Of a stretch of 64,000 bases of DNA, positions 24,804-37,849 are shown piece after piece (position 1 is the stretch's first letter; each line of letters begins with the position of its first letter). A program made the translations under genes and the position numbers. A model generated the notes under the pieces. It did no database searches. It was given only the letters and a program-made list of their open reading frames with translations, and was not told the origin of the DNA. Source of the stretch: Antedon mediterranea (lineage: Eukaryota > Animalia > Echinodermata); the NCBI RefSeq assembly GCF_964355755.1, contig NC_092678.1, forward strand, positions 7,022,422 through 7,086,421. The letters run 5' to 3'.

Positions 24804-25435
24804 ATAGAGTTCTGTAGTGTGACGTCACAACAATAATAATAATAATTTAGGTATTTGTATAGCGCCAGAATCAACTAAACCAAAGTAAAAATCAAAGGCG
24901 CTTATATTGGATGTTAAAAAGATGCGTTTTAAGTTCTTTTTAAAAAATATCAATAGAAGTTGAATGAGTAAAATGACGAGGGAGAGAATTCCAAAGAGAA
25001 GCTGCAGAGAACATAAAAGACCTAATTGTCCATAAGATTTGGTGTTAATTCTAGGAACAAGTAGTAGGTTTTGATCAGCTGAACGAAGACAAGCAAGAGG
25101 GGTGTAGGTGGGAAGAAGGTCAAGGATATATGGATGGTGCTTCATGGTTGCTTGCACTGAACAAAAAATGCGTTGATAAACAATAATATAGATCTCATCT
25201 GTATTTCTATCAAATTACTGTATGTATGTAATATATAGATTGTTAAAAACAAATATTTAGTGATCTTTTGAAATTTTAGTTGAAAAATATTAAGGTTTTA
25301 AAATGAATACTTCAACAAGCCTATTCCACACCACCTTAGAATCATTCAGGCAGGTTGAACACATTTTTGATTGGCTAGCCTATCGTCCACGCAGCGCCAC
25401 CTACCGTCGTGATGACAGCACCACAGAACTCTATA
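24804..25435. mobile_element. MITE (TIR tatagagttctgt...acagaactctata) containing an L2-like LINE 3' end on the minus strand (~24827-25140)
   Basis: Inverted ends at 24804 and ~25435. The interior translates YTPLACLRSADQNLLLVPRINTKSYGQ with a (TTA)n tail, typical of L2 3' ends. Confidence 0.65.
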
Positions 25436-25781
25436 CTGCATTAGAATAATTTTGACATGATCCCTTTATCAAGTTTAATCAAATGTAATTTCTAGAAGGC
25501 TCTCATTTTTTTTAATTGTACATTGAAAGAAATGTTTCCAAGTAATGCATCGCATCACACTTCCCCATAGAATAATTTAATTGCTTCATCTGTTTAGTCT
25601 AAACTTCATAACATTTTAAATGAATTATTCTCCTTTGTTGAGTGAGTCACATTGGATTTTTAGGAGAAAGTTATTTTAATTTTTTTAATAGTGTTTAAAA
25701 AAAAGAATAATTAAGACAATATTGATAAAGAGTTTTGTGAGCTTTTTTTTTGTTTTGTTTAATTTGATATGATTAATTCTA

Positions 25782-25906
25782 AAGCTCTGTCTACACTATC
25801 AAACATTATGTGACAAAAAATGGGATGTGGCGATATTTTGGTATATTATCACTAGCATATTTGGGTACATCACACTTGTTTTGTCAAACTAGTCTGTTTA
25901 CACTAT
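25782..25906. mobile_element. MITE family with TIR AGCTCTGTCTACACTATCAAAC, partial copy
   Basis: Same TIR and body as the copies at 26593-26751 and 37709-37849. Confidence 0.7.
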
Positions 25907-26213
25907 AATAATAATAATACCACATTTATATAGCGTCCTTTTCATGAGTAATCATGCTCAAAGGCGCTTTACAAGCATTATTACCCCAGTATTTTTTTTT
26001 GGATCAAACACGTATGGAAACATACTCCCATAATGCAGCCGGTAACCAGCGCAAAGTTGTGTGTAGATCTAACTGGGTACCCATTTATACACCTGGGTGG
26101 AGAGAGGCAACGTAAGTAAAGTATCTTGCCTACGGATACAAGCAATGCGGCGAGAGTTGGATTCGAACCTAGGTCTGACGATCGGTAGTCCAACGTCCAA
26201 CACACTGCGCCAC
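25907..26213 (-). mobile_element. tRNA-headed SINE with a CORE-like central domain and an L2-like tail
   Basis: Box A GTGGCGCAGTG, box B GGTTCGAATCC, then GGCAAGATACTTTAC..TGCCTCTCTCCACCCAGGTGTATAAATGGGTACC, and tail GTAAAGCGCCTTTGAG..GCTATATAAATG..(TAT)n. ACACTAT is present on both flanks. Confidence 0.85.
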
Positions 26214-26592
26214 ACTATCAAACTTTATGTGACATGTTTTTTTCTAGATCCAATTTAAAAACTGTAGTTCAGGCAGACATGGTCATGAGCAGAACAAATG
26301 CAAAAAAAAACCACAAAAAATTAAGTGCACGTTAAATACGGCAACAATCAAGATAGACGACAGATTTTACTTTTTATTTTTTAAATTTAAGTAAAGAAAC
26401 TCTAGTATCAAAGTATCAAAGAAACTTGTGTTCAAAATATTAAACCTTCAAATTCGTCTTATTCAAAATCGTATGCGTGTAGTTGTTTTTCATAAGTTGG
26501 GACCCCACATGAAACGTCATAAACATGAATATTCATTAGTCATATCCATAAGGTGTGACGCGACCATGTGTATCACAGAACTATCCTAAATT

Positions 26593-26751
26593 TCTGTCTA
26601 CACTATCAAACTTTATCAAAAATGTGACGTGCCCATATGGACATGTCATATCACTACCACTATCTGGACATACTGTATCACTACCATATTTGGGCACATT
26701 ACACATTTTTTTTGTCAAACTACACTGTAGTTTGATAGTGTAGACAGAGCT
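26593..26751. mobile_element. MITE (TIR CTGTCTACACTATCAAAC...GTTTGATAGTGTAGACAG)
   Basis: Perfect terminal inverted repeat of about 18 bp. The family recurs in the window. Confidence 0.8.
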
Positions 26752-28358
26752 GTAGAAGATGTACAGTATAGGGATCATTTCAAAATTACTCTACTGCAGT
26801 TACTTCTTCCTTTAAGCTAATTACATTAATTATAGTTTGTTTTTGTCTTAATGTAAAAGTATATGAAGCAATCACTGCATTGCAGGACTCAAAAAAAGTT
26901 GCTCCATAATTGCATAAACATGTTAAGTGTAGTTAATACTGCAGTAACTGCAATATGATAACTTTGATATGATCCCTGGATACAGCAGTCAGAATTACTT
27001 ATTTTTATTTTTCCAGTTGATTCCGTGTAATGACATAAATATGATTTCTTGATAAACACTACTTGAAGGCAAAATAGAGGGCACTATAGAAAAATCACTC
27101 ACATTCACAAACACACAATATGTGAACATAAGTTCAGCTTCATGGTTTAAAGAGAAGTGGTGTTATAAGTTCAATAAAAAAATGAATAGCAAAATACAAG
27201 ATGAAAAGAAAAGACTATTGAGTATTACTCTCAATGTACTGCTTTAAAAAAAATTGCTTTGATATCAATTACAAAAATGAAGAAAAAATTACTATATTAA
27301 TTTTTGGTTTGTATGACATTTATTCAATCTAAAAATATAAATATTAAAACGCTCCCCACTTTTCATTTATGGCGCATCAATGCCACTATAATCTGACCTT
27401 TGAACTTGTTAAACCATGACCAATAATGATTAAATGTCAATGATGTGAAAACAAATTATCTTAATCCTGTTATTTAAAGTTACATTATAGTGAAATCAAA
27501 ACATCTAAATCACCTTGACCAGGTTCAAATTTTTCAAATTTCAGTATACACACATAAATGAATATGGACAAATTTAAAAATACAGGTAACCTTCCCTTGG
27601 GAACACCCCTATTCAGGGGACATTAATTTTATTCAGGGGACACTCTTATTAGAGGACACTCTCGATAAATTCTCTCCATTCCATGTATACAAAACATTCA
27701 TTATTTGTTTTATACACACCAATTTTTATTCAATTTAATTATTGTAAATTATTGATGAACCTAGCCTTGCCCACTCCAACTTTTGACGAGGAGTATAACA
27801 ATTATAGATGGAAAGAAAAACAAGTTTATTTCAGAACGCGATCAGTCAACAATGTCACATGGCAAAAATTCTAAAAATGTTTACAGAAAGCGCATTATAG
27901 CACATTAATTATCACCATTAGATAAAACTTTTCCATTTAGGTAGGGCTAATTTCAAATGAGATGCGATGCATAATCAACCAATCAAATTGCAAGAATATA
28001 ATCAGTTGTGTTATAATATTCGAAATCGATTTTATTTGCAGTAAAACTGGAGTCCAATAAGTCCCAATATTACAATTTATATTTATAATGTTCATAATGT
28101 GTAATGACAACAAGCATGTCATGGGACAACCCATTTATAATAATCATATTTTGTTTAAGATGTTTCTATACTTAATAATAATATGGTTAATATTTGTATT
28201 CATTCATATAGGATACATTTTGCGATGGACTTAGCATTCAGTATAGCTAAAAATGTTCGATAAATTGTGACATTTTTACACTGAACGGACCAGGTACTTG
28301 AACTACTAATATTTCCCTCCTTCATTTCCCACGCTTGTGTATGGAAGGCAATCACTGC

Positions 28359-29505
28359 CAAAAATACAAGAGTAAAACAAACAACGTACTTTCACAAACG
28401 AACAACGTACTTTCACAAACGAACGATCTAACTAAAACAAAGAACGTACTTTCACAAACAAACAACCTACTTTCACAAACGAACGATCTACTTTCACAAA
28501 CAAACGAACTAATGTAAAATAAACAACATACTTTAAAAAACAAACAACAAACTTTTACGCGAACAACGTATTTTTTACAAACGGACAACGTACATTGATA
28601 AACGAACAACCTGCTTTACCAAACGATGTAGATTGCAGAATGAACTAAGGACTCGTCCATTTTTTTAAGTTGGGTATAAAAACACCACATGACCTGAGGA
28701 AAATAAAATGTTGTTAATAGTGAGCTCTCTATTTTGTGTCTAAGAATATAGAGTATACACTATACATACAGTGTAGCATAGGTAAAATTATGGGACCCGC
28801 CTTATATTTTAATTTTTATCATGATGACGTCATCAAAATGAAAACGAAGATAGCAATTTTTTTGGAAGGAATTTATCTGAGCAACAACATATTAACGTGT
28901 AGCAGAATTTGGATGCGTAGAATATAGATGCGCGCTATTTTAAATGAACTATGACGCAAAAGATAAAAATACGACTTTTATAATTCAACTGGCCATAAAA
29001 TGATGTCACAACATCCGATACGCAACATTTTTACATGAATTCGTATCTAGAATTCAACATCTTCCAAAAAACGTTTTCATGAGGGTCACTTTTCCTTCAT
29101 TTGTCAGGATGAGTTTTGCTTACGCGCGCAAGATACAGGCTGCTCGCTTTGAGATCCCTCTAAGGCATATCCTCTTATCGGAACTTTTGCAATTACCCGA
29201 CTTAAAAAATGGACGAGTCCTTAGTTTATTCGGCAATCTACATCGTTTGGTAAAGCAGGTTGTTCGTTTATCAATGTACGTTGTCCGTTTGTAAAAAATA
29301 CGTTGTTCGCGTAAAAGTAGGTTGTTCGTTTTTTAAAGTATGTTGTTTGTTTTAAATTTGTTCGTTCGTTTGTGAAAGTATTGTTCGTTTGTAAAAGTAC
29401 GTTCTTTGTTTTAATTTAGATCGTTCGTTTGTGAAAGTAGGTTGTTCGTTTGTGAAAGTAGGTTGTTCGTTTGTGAAAGTACATTGTTTTACTTTTGTAT
29501 TTTTG
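28359..29505. mobile_element. Foldback-like element with ~315-bp inverted arms containing 21-bp tandem subrepeats
   Basis: 28359-28676 is the reverse complement of 29194-29505 (for example actaaggactcgtccattttt versus aaaaatggacgagtccttagt). The subrepeat is ctttcacaaacgaacaacgta. Confidence 0.85.
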
Positions 29506-31159
29506 TGCTACCAAATACTTGGAAATATACCCCATAAATGCTGCACCTGCTCATATTTTTCCACACTTGTGCTACTACTAGGCCCACCAAAATATAACCC
29601 CATAAATGTGGCACCTCCCTGTATGAAAATATTTAAGGGTGACAACTCCCTTGGCTAACTTGCTACAGTATAGGATAGCAACAGTCATTAGTAGTAGGTA
29701 CAGTATATAGTATTTAAATTATGTATGCAACATCCCTCTTTTTGAACACCTCTACTTAAGGCACTTTAAAGAACCCAGGTCATCATTTTAAATGAGTAGG
29801 GGGTTACCCCTATAAACTGGTCCACGAAAGCCTCTGTATAAAGGGGATTACCATGATAGACTGATAGACAGAGATTAATTTATTATTTGTAAAAAAAATA
29901 TAAATATTAGTATATAATGTAATAAAAAAATGTAAAAGAATTAAACGAAGGAGACTAAAATGGTATGGACAAATAATTAGATTACCGGATGATACCCCAA
30001 TCAAACAAACAATGAAGGAAACTAACAGGAAAGTAAAACAACCCGTAGGAAGACCAAGAAATAACTGGATGAATCAAATAAAGAAAGACTTACAAGGACT
30101 AGTAGACACTAACACAATAACAAACCATCCTGCCATAAACAGAAAAAAATTAGCAACAACATAATGTAATACAATACAATACCAATGAGCGATCAAAGAT
30201 AGAGAAAATAAAAAAAATCATTTAACAAAAGACAAAAAAAAAAAACCAAACTATGAATTATCAGTGCATTAGAATGTTTCAATCATCTCTGCATGACATT
30301 TCTATAATGTCACAACACACTCACAGACAGATCGGATGTAGGAATCAGATCATTTCAAAGGGCATTTTTGGTATTCAAATTATTTCAAAGTGAGATTTAT
30401 GTGTCTATCCATCATACTAATGTAAAAACCACTCATCATGGATAAAAAAAACAAGGCCATATACAAGTTATGCTCAAGTTAGTGTTTACTGACCAACCGA
30501 CCCACCGACATAGGGAGCTGTAGAATCACGTTGCAATCGACTAAAAACAAGACGATGAAATTACTTGTAGGTTTATACTCCGAAAAAATTGTTGGGTCCT
30601 ATCAGCAGTACAGTAGAACCTCTATTCAGACCCAACAAAATGACCCCTTAAAAGGTCCACTTAATGTGCCCTAATAAGGATAATTTAAGACCTGATCACA
30701 CTAGACTTAATTTAATCAAATTAACCGATTCACTTAAACTAAATTGACCTAGAAAAGTCCAATCTGAACACTGGCTACAATTCGCTTAGAATCAAATTAA
30801 CTATGTCTCTGCAAGTTTCTTTAATAGCAACAACTGCCTGCCACACAGTGTAGAAAAATTAATAGGAGGAAGGAAGAAAAAGGAAGAGCTGTTGGAGAAT
30901 TTGTAGAAAGTGTCAATGTTTTTGTCAATATGCAGCCTGAGTATTAAGGGATTATGCCAAAATTACTTTACTGCAGTTACTGCATCCATTAGGCTTTCAA
31001 TTTAGACGTTTACTAGGAAGTCACTACAATATTACCATTGTATGATGACCTCTCACCCCACTTACCACCCTCCCCTACCCCCTCCCCCTCCCCCTCCCCT
31101 AAAACAATTCAAATTGAACACTTTAGAGTAATACAATTTATTTTCAATACTAATAATAA

Positions 31160-31410
31160 CTAGAATTTAATTCGTCACTTTGACGAATTATAGGTGATCA
31201 TTTTTATAAAATATATATATAAGCCTGGTCTAATGGTTAGGACATCTACATATCAAGCAGGCGGTCCGAGTTTGAGTCTCGGCTGGGGCGACTATTTCTC
31301 ATTCTCACAGATTTCCTCATCTTTATCGTTTAAAATTAATTAATTAAATTTCAGTATATCACCGGGCGGTTTAGAATGACTGTCTTTGCCTGATTTGTTT
31401 ATATATATAT
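31160..31410 (+). mobile_element. HINE family 2-like terminal stem-loop remnant followed by tRNA-derived repeat copy 3
   Basis: ctag..aattcgtcactttgacgaattatagg at ~31160-31194. 31223-31400 matches the 14704 and 16358 copies and is flanked by short (TA)n. Confidence 0.75.
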
Positions 31411-33569
31411 TGACATTCATATTTTTTAAACATGCATGTACACAATCAGGAAATGTTGATGTATGCCATCCTATAGTGCTGAGAGTGGTGCCAATTATAT
31501 GCCATTTATTCAATACTAATTTAATAATAACATATGACCCTCTTTCTTGGGTTTCTTTAATTTTACACTGTTAAAAATTACTGTACATTTTAATAAAGAA
31601 AAATAATAATAACGTCAATAGTTATATTGCATGATTTTGTTTCTGACAATGTGGAAATAAATATATGAGTTGATGGCCCCAATATCCTGTTCATTCTGAA
31701 GCCATATATTACTATATAGCAATTAGTATTACACATGAATGTAAGCGCCATAAATTTTACATCGTAAAAATGTCTACCACCTTTCCTTTGACAACATCAT
31801 AATTTGTTCATCACTTTAAACTACTCATAAATCGTTCTATTTATTTTCAATCATTTGTTTATGGCATTACAAACCAGTGTTCTCAACCTATTTTGAAAAT
31901 GCTCACAACCCAAAAATAAACTGGATGTATCTATACGCAGAAATGGTGATATAATATAATAAATATTAATAAGAAAATAATAATAAAAACACTCTTTTAA
32001 TTTGAGCGCTCTTTATTTTAATTTTCACAACAACTATGAAAAATAACGGTATATTGGTCAACAAAAGGACGGACAAACTAACGCCGTTTGTGGCAGCTCG
32101 AAATAAAGGAACCCTTACGGGAGAGTCCCTGCGATATATGTTTTAAAGTGCATATAAATAAAAATCTACTTGATTAATAATATTTTAATTATTTCAATTA
32201 TTTAAAGATATTTTAAATGGATGTCAATCTGCATATAGGTGGCAAGACATTTGCATAAAGTTTTGTTTTCTTTTGAAAAAAAAAAGTTGCCAGAGAGGAT
32301 TTGAACCCCGACCTCTTACTGGGAAAGCGCCATTTACAGGTGAAATGTTCAAGAGAGTTTTTGGGGTTAACAACAAGAAAAGAGATTTTTTTTCCTGACT
32401 AGTAAATTTTCATTAAATTGTTGAAATTGAAAGATGGCCTTTTAATTTGTTTTCGATATTGTTTCAATTAAACTAATTATTTTTGACCTCATTCAAGATG
32501 CCTTACTTTTTTATGTCTCATTTATAATCTTTATACATGTCAATTTTAAAAAAAAAGCTTCTAAAAAAAACATTTGAATGTAACTTAACCTTTAAAGGTA
32601 AAATAAATTTGGTCTTCTTAATCAAAATCGACTCAGTTGTAAGGAAATTAGTAGATAGATTTTATACTCAAACCTTTTTGGTCTCCTGAGACCCAATTTA
32701 AAAGGTAGCACAAGTTTAAAGGCCAGATACGGGCAAAATATTTTTATTGATCAAACATTCTATTTAATTATTTATCTATAATTTCCCCTTTGTTTAATAA
32801 TTTTTAAGATTTTTACTTACACAATTTTGTTGAAAAAACTAGTGTTGGAATAGTTCAAATTATACAGTAAAACCCCTATTTACACAAATGTTGTAAATAT
32901 ATAGTGAGGCATTTAAAAACCATTTTAGAATAAGTTATATTTACTTTCACTTATTATGGTGAGGTAAAAAATATTTTCAGATTCAGACTAAATATATGTA
33001 TAACTTAATTTTACATTTCTGATGTTTTTATTGTGACTTTAGTTCTTATTTTCATACTTTAACCAAAAATTATCCAGTATCCCACCAACTTTAGCAGAAT
33101 TTTATCAAACTAGACCATCTAGGTTGTGCCCACAGATGGTTCTCGATTACACAGTAATTTCAGGTTAAAAAAACTGGCGATTTCAAATGCACCGCAGTAA
33201 ACGAATAAATAGACACGATGATTTATGTGAGTCAACTAAAATTAGCAGTCCACATTTTTTATTTGGACTCATTAGGGTTGAGGGATGGGGAAGAGGATGG
33301 GTACAAAGAGAAACACTTTTTAAATATATTTTTTATCCACTCAGTAACGAAATATTTTTTTCATGTTTTACAGTAAAATATTTTTAAACTGTCACTGTCA
33401 TAGTCGATTGAAATAGTAAAGTACATGTAACACTACACCACTACAACGTTTTTATTTTTTGTAATAAAGTTTATTTTGATATTGCGCGGTTATATATCTA
33501 ACAGTAGGGCCCACACCCACACTCACAGTAAAAGTTTATTTGTACATGTGAAGTTTATCTAACCCACTT

Positions 33570-34516
33570 ATACCCTGTTTCACCTGCCAATCCCAAATAG
33601 ACCGTATAAATATACCGTATATGAAATTCGTGCACCGTTTCCGCTGCACATACTTCGTGGGTGGGCTGTAAAAAATTTGGCTTTCATATACCCAAAATGC
33701 ATTTCGTGAGATGGAAGTATGGATTGACCTAGAGTCTCGTGTAGTGAGGTTACATGACAAAAACAAAACAATGATGGTTTCTCAAAACGTCGTAGCATTG
33801 CTTTCTATTTTAAATCTAATGATCAGAAGTGGCAACGGATTTACACCGCACAAACAATCTAGAAATGTAGAATGGGCATTGACTAGATTTATGCAAAGAA
33901 GACGACGGCGTTTGCCGATAACTTTGGCGTTATTAAGTCTACCACAAATTCTGCTTTTATTTTGTTTGAGATACTTTTGTAAATCTCGGTATCTCTTCTG
34001 TTACCATGCAGTAGGGCAGTCTCCTCCCAACCTTCGCTTCTCCCAACAATTGAATTGCAAAAATAGTTATTTCTTCAGTCCACAGTGATATTTTGATCTC
34101 TTGCTTGCTTATACACGTGTGTGTCAATCACGCTCTGTTAGTTTTTGACCTCGTCTCATGGGCCGGGTCACATATATGGTATATTTTTAGTGCAGCAGAA
34201 ACGGGGTATGAAATATACGGTATATTTTGGAATATACCGTATAATATCCACAAACGATGGGGATATTTATGCGGTATATATACCGCAGTATACGGTATAT
34301 TTTTTATGAGACCCATTTCTGCTGCCAAAAAATATACCGTATATAAAATATACCGTATATATACGGTATATTTTTGGCATCAGAAACAGGGCCTAAGAAA
34401 TTTGCGATTCAAATACGGTATATTTTGGAATATACCGTATAATATCCACAAACGATGGGGATATTTATGCGGTATCACATATATATATATGGTATATTTT
34501 TTATGAGACCCATTTC
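33570..34516. mobile_element. Cluster of related MITE-like sequences rich in ATATACCGTATAT motifs, with a ~105-bp direct duplication
   Basis: TACCCTGTTTC (~33571) pairs with GAAACGGGGTA (~34208). Palindromic unit at 34311-34391. 34215-34319 is repeated at 34413-34516. Confidence 0.65.
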
Positions 34517-35780
34517 AAATCATTTAAATCAAATGTCAACCAAATATGGTTGGTATTTACAGTATTGTTCAAGTATTGAAATACTACAGGTTTTAGGTTT
34601 ATTCCCCAAAGGCCCATAAATTTACCTACAGGTTCTTGTGTTAAATAAATTATTATATTGGAATGTTCCATTTATCACAAATCAATACATTTGTATAAAC
34701 CTATATAAAATCAAAAAAGTATTTGTCTAAAGAAAATTGGCTGGTTATTATGATGCTGTGCTCAAGCTGTTCAACCGGTTTTAAGGTATTAAAAACAATT
34801 ATCGTAGGAGGAGATAGGAAAATGAGAAACATCCTCGCATTATTGTGTGCGGGTATTTTTCAAGATGGACATCCATTAGACAGTGTGGCAGGCTATAGGC
34901 GCTTGACCTTTGACAAGATCGCCTAAAATTTATAATTTAAAACTACGATACTTAGTATTGTATATTCAGGAATAGCCGCACCAGTCTCTTTGCTTTTCTT
35001 CCTTATATCTTATTTTTATTAACTCAAAACTATTTTTACTAACAAACATTACTACAGTATTTATATGCCTAGTGTGTAAACATTATTGACATAATTTCAA
35101 TAAACATCCACATACAGTACAACTCTTCTTAACAAAATGTTTTCAATCTTCTATCAACTAAAAGTCATAGTTAGTCATGTCTCGGGTCACATCCTATGGT
35201 CACCGTACAGATAGGCTACTACATCAGTACTTCTATGATTCTATGACAATAACGCTAGTTGGTCATACCCAGTACCGTTTTGATTTTACGATCATTCGGG
35301 AAACCACCTCACGATGGAAAACACCCCTATTTGGGGCAAATCGTTGAACCTAAATTCGTTTTAATCGTCAATAACTAAATTATCTAACTCAACTTTAATT
35401 AAGAGAACGTACGGACCAACTTTATACACCATCGAGTAAACATTTATAGAAATAACATGAGATTTACCGAATTTTGCCCTTACGTAAATTTATATATACA
35501 GTAGATTGTGTATTAATTGGCCATTTTAAGGAAAATTCATGTTTTTCACCATACCTTTTTTAACACATTGATTTTTATATTAACCTATTATATTTCTCCA
35601 AATGCAAATTACTGAAAAAATGAAAATGCTGTGGGTATAAGTGGCTGGATCTCAATGGAGATACAAAAAAAAAAGCAAAAAGCTAAATCAAAACGATAAA
35701 GTAAAACAGCCAGAAAAATTAGCAGAGCTTAACCTATTAAAATAGAAATTCATTTCGTTATAATATTTTGTAGTGTACTT

Positions 35781-36216
35781 ATACGGCCATACTGCGTTGA
35801 AACACCGGTTCTCATCAGATCACCGATGGGCCCGGTTGCGTTCTGAATGGGAGACCGTCTAGAAATCGCGGTGGGTGCTGTGTATACAGGAGAGTAATGG
35901 TGTAATGGTAATATCAGACTAGCATGTGATAGGCATGGGTTCGAGGTTATCTGTACCATACTAATTGCATCCTTAGGCAAGATGCTTTACTCTCATTGCC
36001 TCGTCCTTCGGATGGGATGTAAAGCTGTTGGTCCCGTGTACTTAACAGTGCACGTTAAAGAACTTGGTACACTATTCGAAAAGAGTAGAGGATCATCTCC
36101 CGGTGTGCTGATCTGGTAGGCTCTGCACTGCTGGCTGCAGTAGAGGGCCTAATCCGAATCTCCTCAGTTTCCAGTTAGGCTTGAGGACAAATAATTACCT
36201 TTACCTTTTACCTTTT
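35781..36216 (+). mobile_element. Composite SINE: 5S rRNA-derived head, tRNA-like segment, CORE-like stub and Deu-like domain
   Basis: TACGGCCATACTGCGTTGAAACACCGGTTCTCATCAGATCACCGA (5S-like, internally deleted), TGGTGTAATGG..GGTTCGAG boxes, CTTCGGATGGGATGTAAAGC..GGTCCCGTGT..GCACGTTAAAGAAC..CACTATTCGAAAAGAGTAG (Deu-like), and a (TTACC)n tail. Confidence 0.8.
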
Positions 36217-37708
36217 ATATTATTTAGTATTTCACACCTGATTGCATGGAAAACAATAGAAATAGGTCTTTATGTCATATGGGTGATTGATATGTTCATT
36301 GCATTTTCAAGGGGTTTTTCACAATTAGGCCAAATTATAATTTTGCGTAGTCTTAATCATAGTTTGTGTTCCATATTTAGTAATTTATTAGAATCTTCAA
36401 TTCCAGTACGTAATTTATATGGATATTCATTTGTTCCGTAATTCGTGACCTATGCCTACTTCAGAGTGCATCTTATACTGTATATAAGGCACAGTAGTTT
36501 ATCATTATTAGTCAACAATATGTAGGTAATTACGGTATACTATTTTTGAAGAAAGGTCACATGGGACATATGAATTCAAAGCTTCATTTATTTTATATCA
36601 TTCTTTCATTTATCAATAATAACTGGGCCATTCAAATTGAAATGAATTCCTAACTTACAGAATATAGAGCAGGTCAAATTGAGACAGTGAGGGCATAGTG
36701 CAATGTGAGGGACGTTCGACTACTGATCATTATAGCCCGACACTTTCAAAGTATAAGTGTAAATCCTGACTTACATATTTTGTCTAAATTCAAACTATAC
36801 TGTAGCAAGTGCAATAGCGGATATCTTTTCTCTAAATTAGCCCCAACCATGGTGGGGCTAAGGTCCTGTAGATTTTGTGTATTTAGGCAGACAGGGTGTA
36901 AGGGTGTATATGGGTTATTGCACCAGGTCATAGATAAATAGTTTTAAACCTAACAAAATTATTATCTCTGCACCCTCTGACATATGGCTCCGCTTCCGGA
37001 TCCCATGACAGCACCAACCATAAGCATAAATTTAAAAAACTAAAGAGTAGACTTTTTCTATACGACACATATCTGCAATATAAATAACTTTATCTTGAAA
37101 AGAGAAATCTATTATTTATACTGTAATAATAAACATAATTGCCCACACTGTTTTGATGATTGAAGTATACATAATTTATACAGATAACAAATTGTGTGAA
37201 ATTCATCAATTCTCATGGTAGTCTACAAAGGCCTGACACACCCACATTTCTACAACTTTCTGATTGTGTGAAGATGCAGAGGAGAAAGAAAGAAATAAGA
37301 TCACCACAAATAAAAACAGCAATCTGAAAGCATACATTACAATATACAGCAAAAGTCTCAGGGTATATGATTGAGGGCAGGGAGGGGGATAATAAGAAAA
37401 AAATCAGTGGTCTTGAGAAATTTTTGTAAAATGTTCATTGGAGCATAGAGATCTCTATGGTTGGAGTATACATCAGGGAAAAAGTCCCTTGGTTTAGCAC
37501 TCCCAAGAGGCCATCCAACGCTGGGTAGTTGCAGTAAGGTTGCTCATGCTCTGAGGCCCCTTAAGCTCTGGGGCTCCTGGATTAGCCAGTGAGCGCTCGT
37601 AGCCATTACGCCACTTGTGTTCATGGATTACAATCCTTCATAAAACTCATGGTTTTCACCTATTATATTCCAGGTAGACGAACATTTTTAATGCAAAAAA
37701 TATTTTCT

Positions 37709-37849
37709 AAGCTCTGCCTACATTATCAAACTAGTTTGACAAAAAAAGTGTGATGTGCCCAAATAATATGGTAAATAACATCATCATGTCCATATATGGG
37801 CAAATCAGATTTTTTTTGTCACATAAATTTGATAATGTTAAAGAGCTTA
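37709..37849. mobile_element. MITE, same family as 26593-26751
   Basis: aagctctgcctacattatcaaac...tttgataatgttaaagagctt. Confidence 0.7.

Noticed and set aside
28335-29658. Repetitive ORFs (TNNVLSQ, VKVGCSF)
   Set aside because: Translations of the 21-bp subrepeats in the foldback arms.
33711-34506. ORFs of 125 and 137 aa
   Set aside because: They lie in MITE and palindromic repeat DNA and show no recognisable protein motifs.
35781-35885. Functional 5S rRNA gene
   Set aside because: It has an internal deletion around box A, is diverged, lacks a T-run terminator and continues into a SINE body.
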